A DNA stretch of 64,000 nt from Bacillales bacterium UBA6449 (GCA_002437105.1 DJOB01000006.1:299273-363272); one strand, 5' to 3'; counted from the first letter of the stretch, positions 8,965 to 19,329 are shown. A program made the numbers and translations. The notes: a model not told the origin generated them from the sequence alone.

Positions 8965-9780
8965 ATGTCTTTCATCAGTATCAGAAATCTTCATGCTTCC
9001 GCTGATGGTATGGAGATACTCAAGGGTGTCGATCTAGATATCGAGAAGGGGGAAGTGTTCGGTCTTCTGGGCCCCAATGGACATGGTAAGTCTACTTTGC
9101 TGTCCTGTATCATGGGAAATCCTCGTTACAAGATAACTGAGGGATCGATCAAGATCGATGGTACGGAGATAGTAGGTATGTCTCCGGATGAGATATCTAA
9201 GCTGGGTGTTTTCTACTGCTTCCAGAATCCCCCTGAAGTTCAGGGTGTGGTCTCGATGGATTTCTATAAGGCTGCGCTGAACGCTCATCGCGAGAAGAGG
9301 ATCTCTATCCCGGAGTTCTATTCGGTTCTCAATGCTGCCTACAAGGATTCTGGGCTTCCGGCTGAGATGATGGAGAGACATCTCAATGAGGGATTCTCCG
9401 GCGGTGAGAAGAAGCGCAACGAGATCCTTCAGATGCTCCTTTTGCAGCCGCGTATCTGCATGCTGGATGAGATCGATTCCGGACTGGATGTCGATGCTAT
9501 CAGGAACGTGGGCGAGAATATCAACAAGCTAGAGAAGAAGCACACCACCTTCATCATCGTGTCTCACTATGCTCGCCTCTTCGAGGAGATCCATCCGACC
9601 CGCTCCGCGGTGATAATTCAGGGAAAGGTGGCGATGGTGGGTGGCCCGGAACTCATCAGTCGCGTCGACAATGAGGGCTATGGATTCCTGCGTGACGAGT
9701 ACGGTATCGATATATCGAAGGGTGAGGTGAAAGAGAGCATCGAAGATCCCTTTGCTCAAGCTGTCAGGGGTAATAAGTGA
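8965..9780 (+). CDS. sufC: Fe-S cluster assembly ATPase SufC
   Basis: Walker A is GPNGHGKSTL, the signature is FSGGEKKRNEILQ and Walker B is LDEIDSGLD. It is the first gene of a sufCDSUB arrangement. Confidence 0.95.
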   Translation: MSFISIRNLHASADGMEILKGVDLDIEKGEVFGLLGPNGHGKSTLLSCIMGNPRYKITEGSIKIDGTEIVGMSPDEISKLGVFYCFQNPPEVQGVVSMDFYKAALNAHREKRISIPEFYSVLNAAYKDSGLPAEMMERHLNEGFSGGEKKRNEILQMLLLQPRICMLDEIDSGLDVDAIRNVGENINKLEKKHTTFIIVSHYARLFEEIHPTRSAVIIQGKVAMVGGPELISRVDNEGYGFLRDEYGIDISKGEVKESIEDPFAQAVRGNK

Positions 9781-10472
9781 TGGCTGATTCTCTCGTTTAT
9801 GATGAGAGTCAGGTCGAGGTTCTCGACCTGACCCGAACTCTTAAGGAGAATGAGAAGCTCAAGCTTCAGATTATCGATAATCAGAGAGTTGCTCCTCTAA
9901 AGATCGTGGGAAAGATCGTCCTTTCGCGCGGTGCTACTCTCGATATGCTTCAGGTCGATCTGGGAAGGCTTGATGTGGATTGCCGCCTGCAGGTCGAGGT
10001 CTTGGACGATGCTGAGTTCAATTCGACCGTCTGTGCTATGTGCCAAGGAAATGAGCACAAGAGATATGCCATAGATGTGGTGCATATCGGTCACCGCTCT
10101 AAGTCCTTGACTAGCATGCGCGGGGTCTGCTCTGATACCTCGAAGATGGAATTCCTCGGCTCTTCCGATATAAAGAGGGGTGCTTATAAGACGCATACGA
10201 GGCAGGAGGGAAAGATCATCAATCTATCGGGGCGGGCTAAGTGCACAGTCTCTCCCGCGCTTCTCATCGCGGAGGAGGATGTCTACGCCTCGCATGGCGC
10301 TACCATGGGCAGCGTCCCGACTGCAGACATGTTCTACATCATGTCTAGGGGACTCTCCAAGAAGACGGCGGAGAGGCTGATTACGGTGGGCTATCTCAAG
10401 CCGGGATGTCAGATGATTGCGGATGAGAAAGCTAGAGATCTAGCTATCTCCATGCTGGAGAATGAGATATGA
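9777..10472 (+). CDS. sufD: Fe-S cluster assembly protein SufD (short form, 231 aa)
   Basis: The SufB/SufD-family C-terminal core is present: THTRQEGKIINLS...ASHGATMG...FYIMSRGL. The start overlaps the sufC stop. Confidence 0.8.
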   Translation: MMADSLVYDESQVEVLDLTRTLKENEKLKLQIIDNQRVAPLKIVGKIVLSRGATLDMLQVDLGRLDVDCRLQVEVLDDAEFNSTVCAMCQGNEHKRYAIDVVHIGHRSKSLTSMRGVCSDTSKMEFLGSSDIKRGAYKTHTRQEGKIINLSGRAKCTVSPALLIAEEDVYASHGATMGSVPTADMFYIMSRGLSKKTAERLITVGYLKPGCQMIADEKARDLAISMLENEI

Positions 10473-11707
10473 AACTTCTCGATAGCAATGATATAAAGGC
10501 GATAAGAGCTCAGTTCCCCATGCTGAGGAACACTTTGACCATGCAGGGGAAAAGGTTCTGCTACCTCGATACTTCCGCTACATCGCTGAAGCCCGATAGG
10601 GTGATTGAAGCTTCCGACTCATTTTATCGATTCTGGAATGCTAATACTCATCGTGGCGATTACGATATAGCTCATAAGGCTGATGTAAACTTTAGTAAGG
10701 CGCGCGCTGAAGTCGCGAATTTCATCGGCGCTAAACCTGAGGAGGTCGTCTTTACCTCCGGGTGCACCGATTCTTTGAATAAGGTCGCACTCGGTCTAGC
10801 CGACTATTTTCAGCCGGGTGATGAGATCGTCATCGATCGGGCCGAGCACGCTTCCAATGTCCTCCCCTGGTTTAAGCTCGCACGGGATCGGGGAGTCAAG
10901 ATCGTTTTTGCTCCGCTCAACGAGAGGGGAGAGGTGACGCCGGCAGCTCTGAAGGGAGTTTTGACCGCACATACTAAGCTGGTGTCGATCGCGCGTGTCA
11001 CCAATGTCTTCGGCTCTTTCAACGATGTGGAATCGATCTGCCGCCTCTGCCGCGCTGAGGGTATTTTCACCTCTGTCGATGCTGCTCAGTCCATCGCCTG
11101 TGAGAGCACGGATGTGAAGAGGATCGGATGCGATTTTCTCTCTTTCTCCGGCCATAAGATGTATGGCCCTACCGGGATTGGGGCGCTTTATGTCAGGAGC
11201 GGTATCAAAGGGTTTGAACCCGGTCTGCTCGGCGGCGGGATGAATGCTAGGTTCTACACTGACGGGACCTGGACTCTCGAGGATGCCCCCTATCGGTTCG
11301 AGCCTGGCACGCAGAATATCGCTGGCGCAGCTGGTCTGGCGGAAGCTTGCCGCTTCATCCTTGAGATAGGGGTGGATAGGATAGGTGAATACGAGAATAG
11401 GATGAGGAACCTGATCCGCGACTCCGTCAAGGATGTTCCGGGAATCACCATATACAACCCCGATTCTCACTCAGGAATATTCACTTTTTCCCTCGAGGGA
11501 GTTCCGGCTCAGGATGAGGGGACGCTGCTCAATTCGCGGGGAATCTGCGTTCGCAGTGGACTTCACTGTGCCAAGATCCTTCCCGGTATACCCGCTGATG
11601 GAACGATTCGCGCTTCCCTGGGTGTCTATACTGACGAGGAGGATTGCCAGCAGCTCATCGAGGCGCTGAGGAAGGGAGGGAGTGTTCTAGATGCCTATTT
11701 CGCTTGA
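10469..11707 (+). CDS. sufS: cysteine desulfurase SufS (class II aminotransferase V)
   Basis: The PLP-lysine motif is SFSGHKMYGPTGIG and the catalytic Cys loop is VRSGLHCA. The gene lies between sufD and sufU. Confidence 0.95.
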   Translation: MKLLDSNDIKAIRAQFPMLRNTLTMQGKRFCYLDTSATSLKPDRVIEASDSFYRFWNANTHRGDYDIAHKADVNFSKARAEVANFIGAKPEEVVFTSGCTDSLNKVALGLADYFQPGDEIVIDRAEHASNVLPWFKLARDRGVKIVFAPLNERGEVTPAALKGVLTAHTKLVSIARVTNVFGSFNDVESICRLCRAEGIFTSVDAAQSIACESTDVKRIGCDFLSFSGHKMYGPTGIGALYVRSGIKGFEPGLLGGGMNARFYTDGTWTLEDAPYRFEPGTQNIAGAAGLAEACRFILEIGVDRIGEYENRMRNLIRDSVKDVPGITIYNPDSHSGIFTFSLEGVPAQDEGTLLNSRGICVRSGLHCAKILPGIPADGTIRASLGVYTDEEDCQQLIEALRKGGSVLDAYFA

Positions 11708-12140
11708 TCCGACCATGATGCGTGAGATCATCATGGATCACTATGAGGCTCCGAGAAATAAGAGCGACAGAAAACCTGAAGGTTACCTCTCGGCTCATAT
11801 GGATTCCGCTTCCTGCATCGACGATATCACGATGAATCTGAAGCTCGATGCGGAAGGAAGGATTCAGGATATCTGTTGGAATGGAGTCTCATGCGTGATC
11901 TCTACGGCTGCCACTTCGGTGGCGACTGAGATGGTTAAAGGGATGAATCTGAAGCAGGTGCAGGATCTGTATAAAAACTTCTTCGATATGCTGGAGGGGC
12001 GGCCCTATGATGCTACGGATCTAGGCGAGGCGCTGGCTTTTGCTAACACTGGACGCCAACCTTCGAGGATCGGATGTGCCACCATCGGCTTCAGAGGAAT
12101 TCTGACCTGTTTAGAGAAGGAGGAAAATAAGGATGCCTGA
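11691..12140 (+). CDS. sufU: SufU-type sulfur acceptor / Fe-S scaffold-like protein
   Basis: The Zn and sulfur-acceptor ligand pattern is SASCIDD, GVSCVISTA and RIGCATIG. An RBS GGGAGGGA lies upstream. It overlaps the sufS end by 17 nt. Confidence 0.9.
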   Translation: MPISLDPTMMREIIMDHYEAPRNKSDRKPEGYLSAHMDSASCIDDITMNLKLDAEGRIQDICWNGVSCVISTAATSVATEMVKGMNLKQVQDLYKNFFDMLEGRPYDATDLGEALAFANTGRQPSRIGCATIGFRGILTCLEKEENKDA

Positions 12141-13566
12141 TAAGAATAGCCATGCTCTTTACGATCCTACTGCGGGTGCTGAGGAGAGGAGAGCAGAATA
12201 CGAGTTTAGGGATAATATCAAACCTATTCTCGCTACTGAACCTGGATTGACGGAGAAGGTTGTACGGGAGATTTCGCGATATAAGGGTGAGCCGGCGTGG
12301 ATGCTCGACCTGCGACTCAAAGGACTGAAGAATTTCCTCGAGCGTCCTCAACCTCATTTCGGACCTAATCTCGATTTTATAAAGTTTGACCAGTATACCT
12401 ATTTCAATAGGTATGCCAACAAGGTCTCCAACACTTGGGACGATGTGCCCGAGACTATCAGGAACACTTTTGAAAAGCTGAAGATACCTGAACAGGAGCG
12501 AGCTTTTCTAGCTGGCGTCAATACTCAGTATGAGTCGGAATCTGTCTATTCATCGATGCTGGACGAGGTGGAGAAGAAGGGAGTGATCTTCCTCGATACG
12601 GATACCGCACTGAAGAGGTATCCCGAGCTGGTCAAGAAGTATTTCGGCACGGTTATTCCTTTCAATGACAACAAATATGCGGCCCTGAATACCGCGGTCT
12701 GGTCCGGTGGAATATTCATCTACGTTCCTAAGGGAGTTAAGGTGGAGAAGCCGCTTCAGTCCTACTTCAGAATCAACAATGCACTGACTGGTCAGTTCGA
12801 GCGGTCGCTCATCATCGTCGATGATGATGCCTCTCTGCATTTTGTCGAGGGGTGTACTGCTCCAGTCTATTCGAAGGATTCGCTTCATGCAGCCGTGGTT
12901 GAGATCGTCGTAGGCAAGAGGGCCAAGTGCCGCTATACCACCATTCAGAACTGGTCTACCAATATCGTCAATCTCGTTACTCAGCGTGCGACCGTCGATG
13001 ATGATGGCCTGATGGAGTGGGTCGATGGAAATATTGGATCGGGGACCAATATGAAGTATCCCTGCTGTGTTCTCAAGGGTGATCGCGCTAAGGGCTCCTG
13101 TATCTCAATCGCGGTAGCTGGAAAGAATCAATACCAGGATAATGGTGCGAAGATGATACACATTGGTCGCGATACATCCTCCACTACAATTTCTAAATCG
13201 GTTGTAAAGCAGGGCGGTCGGGCCAACTTTAGAGGTTTGATATCCATCTCGCCTAAGGCGGTTGGTTCGCGGTCGCATGAGGAGTGCGATACGCTGATTC
13301 TCGACGACACCTCGGCCTCCGATACTATTCCTGACAACATCTGTCTCAACAATGAATCCTACATCGAACACGAGGCAACCGTGTCAAAGCTGAATGAGGA
13401 GGACCTCTTTTATCTCATGTCGCGCGGTCTCACTCAGGCACAAGCGACTAAGACAATCGTCATGGGATTCATTGAGCCCTTTGCGAAGGAGCTGCCGATG
13501 GAGTATTCGGTGGAGCTCAGTCACCTTCTGGATCTCGATATGGCTAAGGTGGGCAGCGTCGGCTGA
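12133..13566 (+). CDS. sufB: Fe-S cluster assembly scaffold SufB
   Basis: It is 477 aa with a SufB-type C terminus: EDLFYLMSRGLTQAQATKTIVMGFIEPFAKELPMEYSVEL. Confidence 0.95.
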   Translation: MPDKNSHALYDPTAGAEERRAEYEFRDNIKPILATEPGLTEKVVREISRYKGEPAWMLDLRLKGLKNFLERPQPHFGPNLDFIKFDQYTYFNRYANKVSNTWDDVPETIRNTFEKLKIPEQERAFLAGVNTQYESESVYSSMLDEVEKKGVIFLDTDTALKRYPELVKKYFGTVIPFNDNKYAALNTAVWSGGIFIYVPKGVKVEKPLQSYFRINNALTGQFERSLIIVDDDASLHFVEGCTAPVYSKDSLHAAVVEIVVGKRAKCRYTTIQNWSTNIVNLVTQRATVDDDGLMEWVDGNIGSGTNMKYPCCVLKGDRAKGSCISIAVAGKNQYQDNGAKMIHIGRDTSSTTISKSVVKQGGRANFRGLISISPKAVGSRSHEECDTLILDDTSASDTIPDNICLNNESYIEHEATVSKLNEEDLFYLMSRGLTQAQATKTIVMGFIEPFAKELPMEYSVELSHLLDLDMAKVGSVG

Positions 13567-13625
13567 TTCTAGTGCGCTGCGGCTTTCTAAGCTGCTATAT
13601 AGTTATTCGATTCTTATGGGGGCAG

Positions 13626-15512
13626 ATGATGGAAGATCGAGATTTTGATGCGATCATCGTCGGCGGTGGGCATGCGGGAACGGAAGCTGCCTCGGCTTTG
13701 GCGAGGATGGGCTTTAAGACTTTGATGCTATGCTTGAATCTGGACAAGATAGCTAATCTGCCGTGCAATCCTTCCATCGGTGGTTCGGCCAAGGGTATCG
13801 TGGTTCGCGAGATCGATGCTCTGGGCGGTATCGAGGGAAAGCTAGCTGATCGCTGCTGCCTTCAGATGAAGGTTCTCAATCTTTCGCGTGGTCCCGGCGT
13901 CTGGTCGATGCGCGCTCAGGTCGATAAGCTCGATTATCCGAAGGCGGTCAAGGAAGAGATACTGTCGACTCCCGGTCTTCAAGTCCGCGTGGCTCAGGCC
14001 ACCGATCTCTTCAGGCGAGAGGATGGCTCGATCGGGGGAGTGATCCTGGAGGATGGCACGCGGATATCTTCTCGCACTGTCATCCTCTGTACGGGGACTC
14101 ATATGGAAGCGACCAATCTCCGGGGACATACGAGCGTTTCAGCCGGCCCGGATGGCGAGCCTCCTTCCCATGGTATTTCGGCTGCGTTGGAAAGGATGGG
14201 AATCAAGCTTTTTCGGTTGAAGACTGGGACGCCTCCTAGAATCAAAAGGAGCAGCATCGATTTTTCTAAGCTCGCAGTTCAGAAGGGAACACCCGGTTTT
14301 TGGGCTTTCTCTTCCGACACTAAGCAGATGATTCCTTACGAGGATCAGATCGACTGCTATCTTACCTATACGACGCCCGTGACTCATCAGATCATCCGTG
14401 ATCACCTGAAGGATTCCGCTATGTATGGCGGTCTAGTAAAGGGAGTCGGTCCCCGATATTGCCCTTCGATCGAGGATAAGGTGGTGAGGTTCGCCTCTCA
14501 TCCTCGCCACATGCTCTTTGTGGAACCTGAGTCCCGGCATACCGATTCTATGTATCTGCAGGGCTTTTCCACTTCGATGCCGGAAGATATTCAGGTTCAG
14601 ATGGTTCATTCTCTACCTGGCTTTGAACAGGCTGAATTCTTGAAGTATGCGTATGCGATCGAATACGATGCTATCGCCCCTCTCCAGATGGAGAAGTCGA
14701 TGATGATCCGCATGGTTCCCGGACTCTTTTGCGCTGGTCAGATCGTCGGGACTTCGGGCTATGAGGAAGCGGCGGCGTTGGGTTTGATCGCCGCTATCAA
14801 TGCGGCTAGATATATGCGGCATGAGAATCCTTTTATCCTTCGTCGCGACCAGGCGTATATCGGGGTCATGATCGATGATCTGATGACCAAAGGGAGCAAT
14901 GAGCCTTATAGGCTTCTCTCCTCTCGGTCGGAATATCGTCTCTTGACCAGATCCGATAATGCGGAGGACAGGCTGCTCGAGATCGGTTATAGATTGGGCT
15001 TGAATAGCCAGTCCCGATATGAAGCTTTCTTAGAGAGAAAGAATGAGTACCATGCGGCGGAAGAGACGCTGAAGTCAACGCGTTTGAGTAATAACTCTGA
15101 TGTCGCTAAGTACATAGAGGGTTTGGGATATCCCACTCCGGTGGCTGGCACCACGCTGTATGACCTGTTGAAGCGGAAGGATGTTACCTATGAAGGCCTT
15201 AAAGAGGTCTGTTCCTCTCTTCCTTCTGTTCCACATAGTGTGGGTCAGAGGATCGAGATCGACTGTAAGTATGAGGGGTATATCGCTCTAGAGAGCGAGG
15301 AGATCGAGCGCACCAAAGCCTATGAGAATCTTGAGCTGCCCCGCGATATCGATTATTCCCAGGTGGATGGACTGTCTTTGGAGTGCCGGGAAAAGCTGAA
15401 TAAGTTTCATCCGGCTACGGTGGGAGAGGCCTCGAGAATAGTCAACGTGCATCCTGCTGATATCGATCTACTCGTTTATTATGTGCGGAAAGTCTGGAAT
15501 AAAAACGATTAG
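13626..15512 (+). CDS. mnmG: tRNA uridine 5-carboxymethylaminomethyl modification enzyme MnmG (GidA)
   Basis: The FAD fold reads FDAIIVGGGHAGTEAA. The length and C-terminal domain are typical. I placed the start at ATG 13626, with GGGGG 4 nt upstream. The track ORF uses GTG 13572, which would add a non-homologous hydrophobic leader. Confidence 0.92.
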   Translation: MMEDRDFDAIIVGGGHAGTEAASALARMGFKTLMLCLNLDKIANLPCNPSIGGSAKGIVVREIDALGGIEGKLADRCCLQMKVLNLSRGPGVWSMRAQVDKLDYPKAVKEEILSTPGLQVRVAQATDLFRREDGSIGGVILEDGTRISSRTVILCTGTHMEATNLRGHTSVSAGPDGEPPSHGISAALERMGIKLFRLKTGTPPRIKRSSIDFSKLAVQKGTPGFWAFSSDTKQMIPYEDQIDCYLTYTTPVTHQIIRDHLKDSAMYGGLVKGVGPRYCPSIEDKVVRFASHPRHMLFVEPESRHTDSMYLQGFSTSMPEDIQVQMVHSLPGFEQAEFLKYAYAIEYDAIAPLQMEKSMMIRMVPGLFCAGQIVGTSGYEEAAALGLIAAINAARYMRHENPFILRRDQAYIGVMIDDLMTKGSNEPYRLLSSRSEYRLLTRSDNAEDRLLEIGYRLGLNSQSRYEAFLERKNEYHAAEETLKSTRLSNNSDVAKYIEGLGYPTPVAGTTLYDLLKRKDVTYEGLKEVCSSLPSVPHSVGQRIEIDCKYEGYIALESEEIERTKAYENLELPRDIDYSQVDGLSLECREKLNKFHPATVGEASRIVNVHPADIDLLVYYVRKVWNKND

Positions 15513-15822
15513 ATAATTTAATATGTGATATAAGCAATAATGCTTATTAGATGACATATATTTGTCACTTCCAATTTTGTTTGTTATTGATGTGTATCTG
15601 TGCATGCACTCTAGTTTTCTCTATCTTCGACACTTTGAGATTCGTGTCTCTTGAGGCTTGTCTGTCGCTATTTTGATCTGCCTTAATAATTACTTTTACA
15701 TAGATAGAAACAGAAACTTTAATTTACCCTAGGGTTGGCTCTGTGTTGTAAGCGCATTATTCGTCCCGCTGTATATGTTGTTTCTATAATTCTTTCGATA
15801 AATAATTGAGGAGCAGGGCATT

Positions 15823-18264
15823 ATGAGGAAAAAGGGATTTGTTTTAGCGCTGTGTAGTCTTTGTGGTTTGCTTCTTCCTTTGGCCAGCTGTGGTGAATCA
15901 ACCTCGGTCGATTCTTCGACGGTCAGCACCGGGATCTCATCTTCGGAGTCTAGTTCTTCTGTGAGCCAGGATTCCGAGTCGGATCTCGGTACCGTGACGG
16001 TTGAATATCGGGATGATGCCGGAAATGTCCTTGAGACTTTCGCTTGGCATCAGGCTTCGGAAGAGCAGCCTACATACGATCTCACCCAGCCTACTAAGGC
16101 GGCTGATGAGAATTATTACTATGTCTTTAAAGGATGGAAGAGGGATTTCAGCATCACCGATAGGATCGTCTATGTGGCTGAATTCGAGGCTATAGATTAC
16201 AAGTCCGAGGACAATTGGTCCTGGGGTTTCGTCTATTCTTCCAGCAATAGTTCCAAGATTGTAGGCTTACAACTCTATGGTTTCTACGATAGCACCAAGA
16301 GCATCACGGAGCTGACTATACCCAGCGAGATATATTACAAAGGCGTGAAGTATCCCGTCCTTGTTCTGGGGAGCGGCTGCATTCAGTCTCAGACTCTGAA
16401 GGTGATCAATATCCCTGCCAGCGTCAACAAGATCGATCCTAACTTCATCATGAATTACTATTCGCAGGAGGTTAGTGAGATCAACGTCGACAGCGACAAT
16501 CAGACCTATAAGTCTGTGGATGGAGTCGTCTATTCCAAGGATGGCAAGACCTTGGTCAAGGTGCCTTTCTGCTGGCACAATGAGGACTACATTCTTCCTT
16601 CCGAGGTCGAGAAGATCGGTGACTCCGCTCTAGCTAGCACGGTCGCGTTTAGGAACTTTGCGACTGCGACCGATTCGCATCTCACGGTGATCGGTGAGCA
16701 GGCGTTTGCTGGTTCGTTGGTAAGGACCCTCTATCTGCCGGAAGGATTGACCACGATCAAGAATCGCGCTTTTTGGCTCTGTGATTCTCTGCAGGTGGTC
16801 GAGATACCTTCAACCTTTGTGGATGATGGTTCATTCCTGCAGTTTGCATCCTGTGAAAATATCAATACTGTAACTTTCAGGGAGGGGACGGGTAATTCTG
16901 GTGTTACCACTATCTCCGATAGTATGTTCCAAGGATGTGATCTCTTGGCTTCGGTCGTTTTCCCTAAGACTCTGAAAGAGATTAAGGCGGGAGCTTTTAG
17001 CGGTTGCAGCAGGATCAAAGGAATCTATCTGCCGGAGGGGTTTGAGAAGATCGATGAGAGAGCCTTCTATGAGACCAGTGCTTTCTGTGTCGATATCCTG
17101 GGCGATAATCTTTCGGACAATGCCTTCGATAACCCCACTAGTAAATTCAATCTGCCCAGCACGGTAACGACTATCGGTAGCTATGCTTTTGGGTCTACGA
17201 GTATAGTTGGAACTGTCAACATCCCCGCCAAACTTACCAGCCTCGATCCGCAAGCTTTTGTTGGCGATGCCTCGATAGATGGGTATTCTGTGGCTGAGGG
17301 GAACAAAGTTTATGCGAGCAAGGACGGAGCGCTGTATTCTGCTGATCTCACTTCGCTGTTAGCTTATCCCACGGGGCGGAGCGGTGTCGTCACCATCCCG
17401 GATGGAGTCAAAACTATCGGTACCTATGCATTGGCTTCCAACAGCAATCTGAGGGAAGTAAAGTTCTCCTCCAGCGTTCAGACGGTAGCCTCCTATGCTT
17501 TCTTTGGAAACTCTAATCTAGTCAGCGTCACCTTCAATGAGGGATTGAAGGAGATCGGTGTTTCGGCGTTTAGCTCCTTAACCAGTCTCGAGAATATATC
17601 CTTCCCGTCAACTCTGACCGATATCGGCAATAATGCTTTCGCTGATGATACATCCCTAAAGACTATTTCCTGGGGTGGAGTCACGACGATCGGCAGCTCG
17701 GCTTTCACCAATTGTTCGGCTCTGACCAGTCTGGATTTCTCGAAGTCCAAGGTTATCGACATCGCTGGATTTGCCTTCTATGGCTCTAACAATACTTATA
17801 CGAGCATCGATTTTGGTGATCGGACCTATCACAGTATCGGCAACTATGCTTTTAGCTCTGCTTATGTGAAGGATGTCGTGGCCCCGGTGATCTCGGGGTC
17901 CTCGCAGGATCCTGCGATGTTTGGTGGATTATCCAATCTAGTCTCGCTCGATCTAGGAAATATGGTCTTGAAGAGTCTGCCCTACGGCTTTGATGGTAAT
18001 TCTAAGGAACTCACTAAGTTGGTGATCCCCAGCAGCGTTACCTCGATTCCTGAGTATCTTTCTCTCGGTAGCCATCCTAAATTGACTCAGGTCGATTTCC
18101 GCGGGACGAAGGCCCAGTGGAATGAATTGATCAGCGGCATGTTAGAGAAGAATAAGGCTGCGAACTTCTTCGGTAGCAACACTCAGATCACTAAGGTCGT
18201 TTGCGCGGATGGTGAGGTGGCGGTTACTCATTCTTCGACTGGTGATTCATCTAAGGTGCAGTAG
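15823..18264 (+). CDS. surface lipoprotein with BspA-type leucine-rich repeats (813 aa)
   Basis: The signal peptide carries the lipobox LPLASC. A Ser-rich linker follows. After that come many repeats of about 23 aa of the form I-x-IP-x-V-x-x-IG-x-x-AF-x-x-C-x-x-L, the LRR_5/BspA type. Confidence 0.8.
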   Translation: MRKKGFVLALCSLCGLLLPLASCGESTSVDSSTVSTGISSSESSSSVSQDSESDLGTVTVEYRDDAGNVLETFAWHQASEEQPTYDLTQPTKAADENYYYVFKGWKRDFSITDRIVYVAEFEAIDYKSEDNWSWGFVYSSSNSSKIVGLQLYGFYDSTKSITELTIPSEIYYKGVKYPVLVLGSGCIQSQTLKVINIPASVNKIDPNFIMNYYSQEVSEINVDSDNQTYKSVDGVVYSKDGKTLVKVPFCWHNEDYILPSEVEKIGDSALASTVAFRNFATATDSHLTVIGEQAFAGSLVRTLYLPEGLTTIKNRAFWLCDSLQVVEIPSTFVDDGSFLQFASCENINTVTFREGTGNSGVTTISDSMFQGCDLLASVVFPKTLKEIKAGAFSGCSRIKGIYLPEGFEKIDERAFYETSAFCVDILGDNLSDNAFDNPTSKFNLPSTVTTIGSYAFGSTSIVGTVNIPAKLTSLDPQAFVGDASIDGYSVAEGNKVYASKDGALYSADLTSLLAYPTGRSGVVTIPDGVKTIGTYALASNSNLREVKFSSSVQTVASYAFFGNSNLVSVTFNEGLKEIGVSAFSSLTSLENISFPSTLTDIGNNAFADDTSLKTISWGGVTTIGSSAFTNCSALTSLDFSKSKVIDIAGFAFYGSNNTYTSIDFGDRTYHSIGNYAFSSAYVKDVVAPVISGSSQDPAMFGGLSNLVSLDLGNMVLKSLPYGFDGNSKELTKLVIPSSVTSIPEYLSLGSHPKLTQVDFRGTKAQWNELISGMLEKNKAANFFGSNTQITKVVCADGEVAVTHSSTGDSSKVQ

Positions 18265-18290
18265 ATAGGTAGACCTACATCTAAGATAAA

Positions 18291-18316
18291 GGCCTAGAGG
18301 ATTGAACCTCTAGGCC
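18291..18316. terminator. strong hairpin between convergent genes (possible bidirectional terminator)
   Basis: A perfect 10-bp stem GGCCTAGAGG/CCTCTAGGCC with a 6-nt loop. It is flanked by ATAAA upstream and TTTAC downstream, so both U-tracts are short. Confidence 0.55.
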
Positions 18317-18349
18317 TTTACTTCTAATGGAGTTTATATCGCCTTTTAA

Positions 18350-18379
18350 TCAGTCTTGAAGCGAGACTGAATTTTGTTT
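18350..18379 (+). terminator. second hairpin with T-rich tail
   Basis: The stem TCAGTCT/AGACTGA has a 7-nt loop and is followed by ATTTTGTTT. Confidence 0.5.
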
Positions 18380-18397
18380 AGTCCGATCGATGGAAGA

Positions 18398-19327
18398 TCA
18401 GTTATTCACCTTCTTCTTATTGAGATTTAAGCTGAAATTGCGATACTTCAAGACAGCACAGCCGATGTATATCGCTAGGAAAAGAAGGATACCTAACAGC
18501 ATGGTAAGATACATAGCCCAGACGGGTACATCGTGGGAGAAGAATTTGAGGCTGAAATCCATACTCTCTTTGAACATATCGAGCGATTCACCCGATATAC
18601 CCTTTTCTTGTAGAGCTCTTACAACGCCGGACAGCGCATGTCTTCTCAGCAGACATGTTCCGTAGGTTCCAGGCAGGAACATGAAGAAATTTCTCAGTCC
18701 CGAAGAGAAGGTGTTTAGCGGCATATAGGCTCCGCAGACAAAGCCGTATCCCGCTGAGACGATCGTTCCGACGCAGGATATCTGCCCTTCGGTTCTCAGG
18801 AAGAAATTGATGGCGGAAGACATGGCACTTCCGAAGGCGGATAGCAGGAAGATGTCGGAGATAAGGAGGAAGACATCTCCGGCTGTCAGGAGCCAACCGG
18901 TGATCACTACATATATTAAGCCAGCCGCTAGTGCGATGAGGTTGACTATGAGGGTCGAGATCCAGGTGGCGAAGAAGTAAGACAGCTGCAGAGTCGATCT
19001 CTTTACGGGGGACACCATAAAATCGTTCACGACTTTCTTCACCTTATCCTCGGACATCAATACGTTAGAGCAGAAGGCTACAGTGATGCAGCAGACGGCC
19101 AATATGGATGAGACGATCTGTCCCGAGACAGCCGGTTTGATTATGTCATCCCCGAGATTGACACCCGCGGGGATGTAACTAGTAAATGTTCTTTCGTAGA
19201 TACCTGCCAAAAAGGTGCCGTATAGGACCAGGAGGATGATGGGTGTGATCATCGAAGCGAAAAACATACCTTTGTCGGTGAAGAAGACTTTGATGTTTCT
19301 CTTAGTGAGGTAAAGGAAAGTTTTCAT
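18398..19327 (-). CDS. ABC-2 type transporter permease
   Basis: It is 309 aa with about 6 TM segments. It sits immediately downstream of, and 2 nt from, the cognate ATPase gene. Confidence 0.8.
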   Translation of the reverse strand: MKTFLYLTKRNIKVFFTDKGMFFASMITPIILLVLYGTFLAGIYERTFTSYIPAGVNLGDDIIKPAVSGQIVSSILAVCCITVAFCSNVLMSEDKVKKVVNDFMVSPVKRSTLQLSYFFATWISTLIVNLIALAAGLIYVVITGWLLTAGDVFLLISDIFLLSAFGSAMSSAINFFLRTEGQISCVGTIVSAGYGFVCGAYMPLNTFSSGLRNFFMFLPGTYGTCLLRRHALSGVVRALQEKGISGESLDMFKESMDFSLKFFSHDVPVWAMYLTMLLGILLFLAIYIGCAVLKYRNFSLNLNKKKVNN

Positions 19328-19329
19328 AG

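Noticed and set aside
10796-11470. 224-aa antisense ORF inside sufS, and similar antisense or alternate-frame ORFs (9034..9381, 12550..12888, 16831..17253, 39853..40353, 43588..44031, 49000..49473, 49578..50057, 56336..56971, 59679..60110, 60708..61346, 61738..62169, 62901..63278)
   Set aside because: All lie inside genes with strong homology-type motifs on the other strand or frame. Their translations are Arg/Pro/Ser/His-rich low-complexity sequence, typical of shadow ORFs in moderately GC-rich coding DNA.
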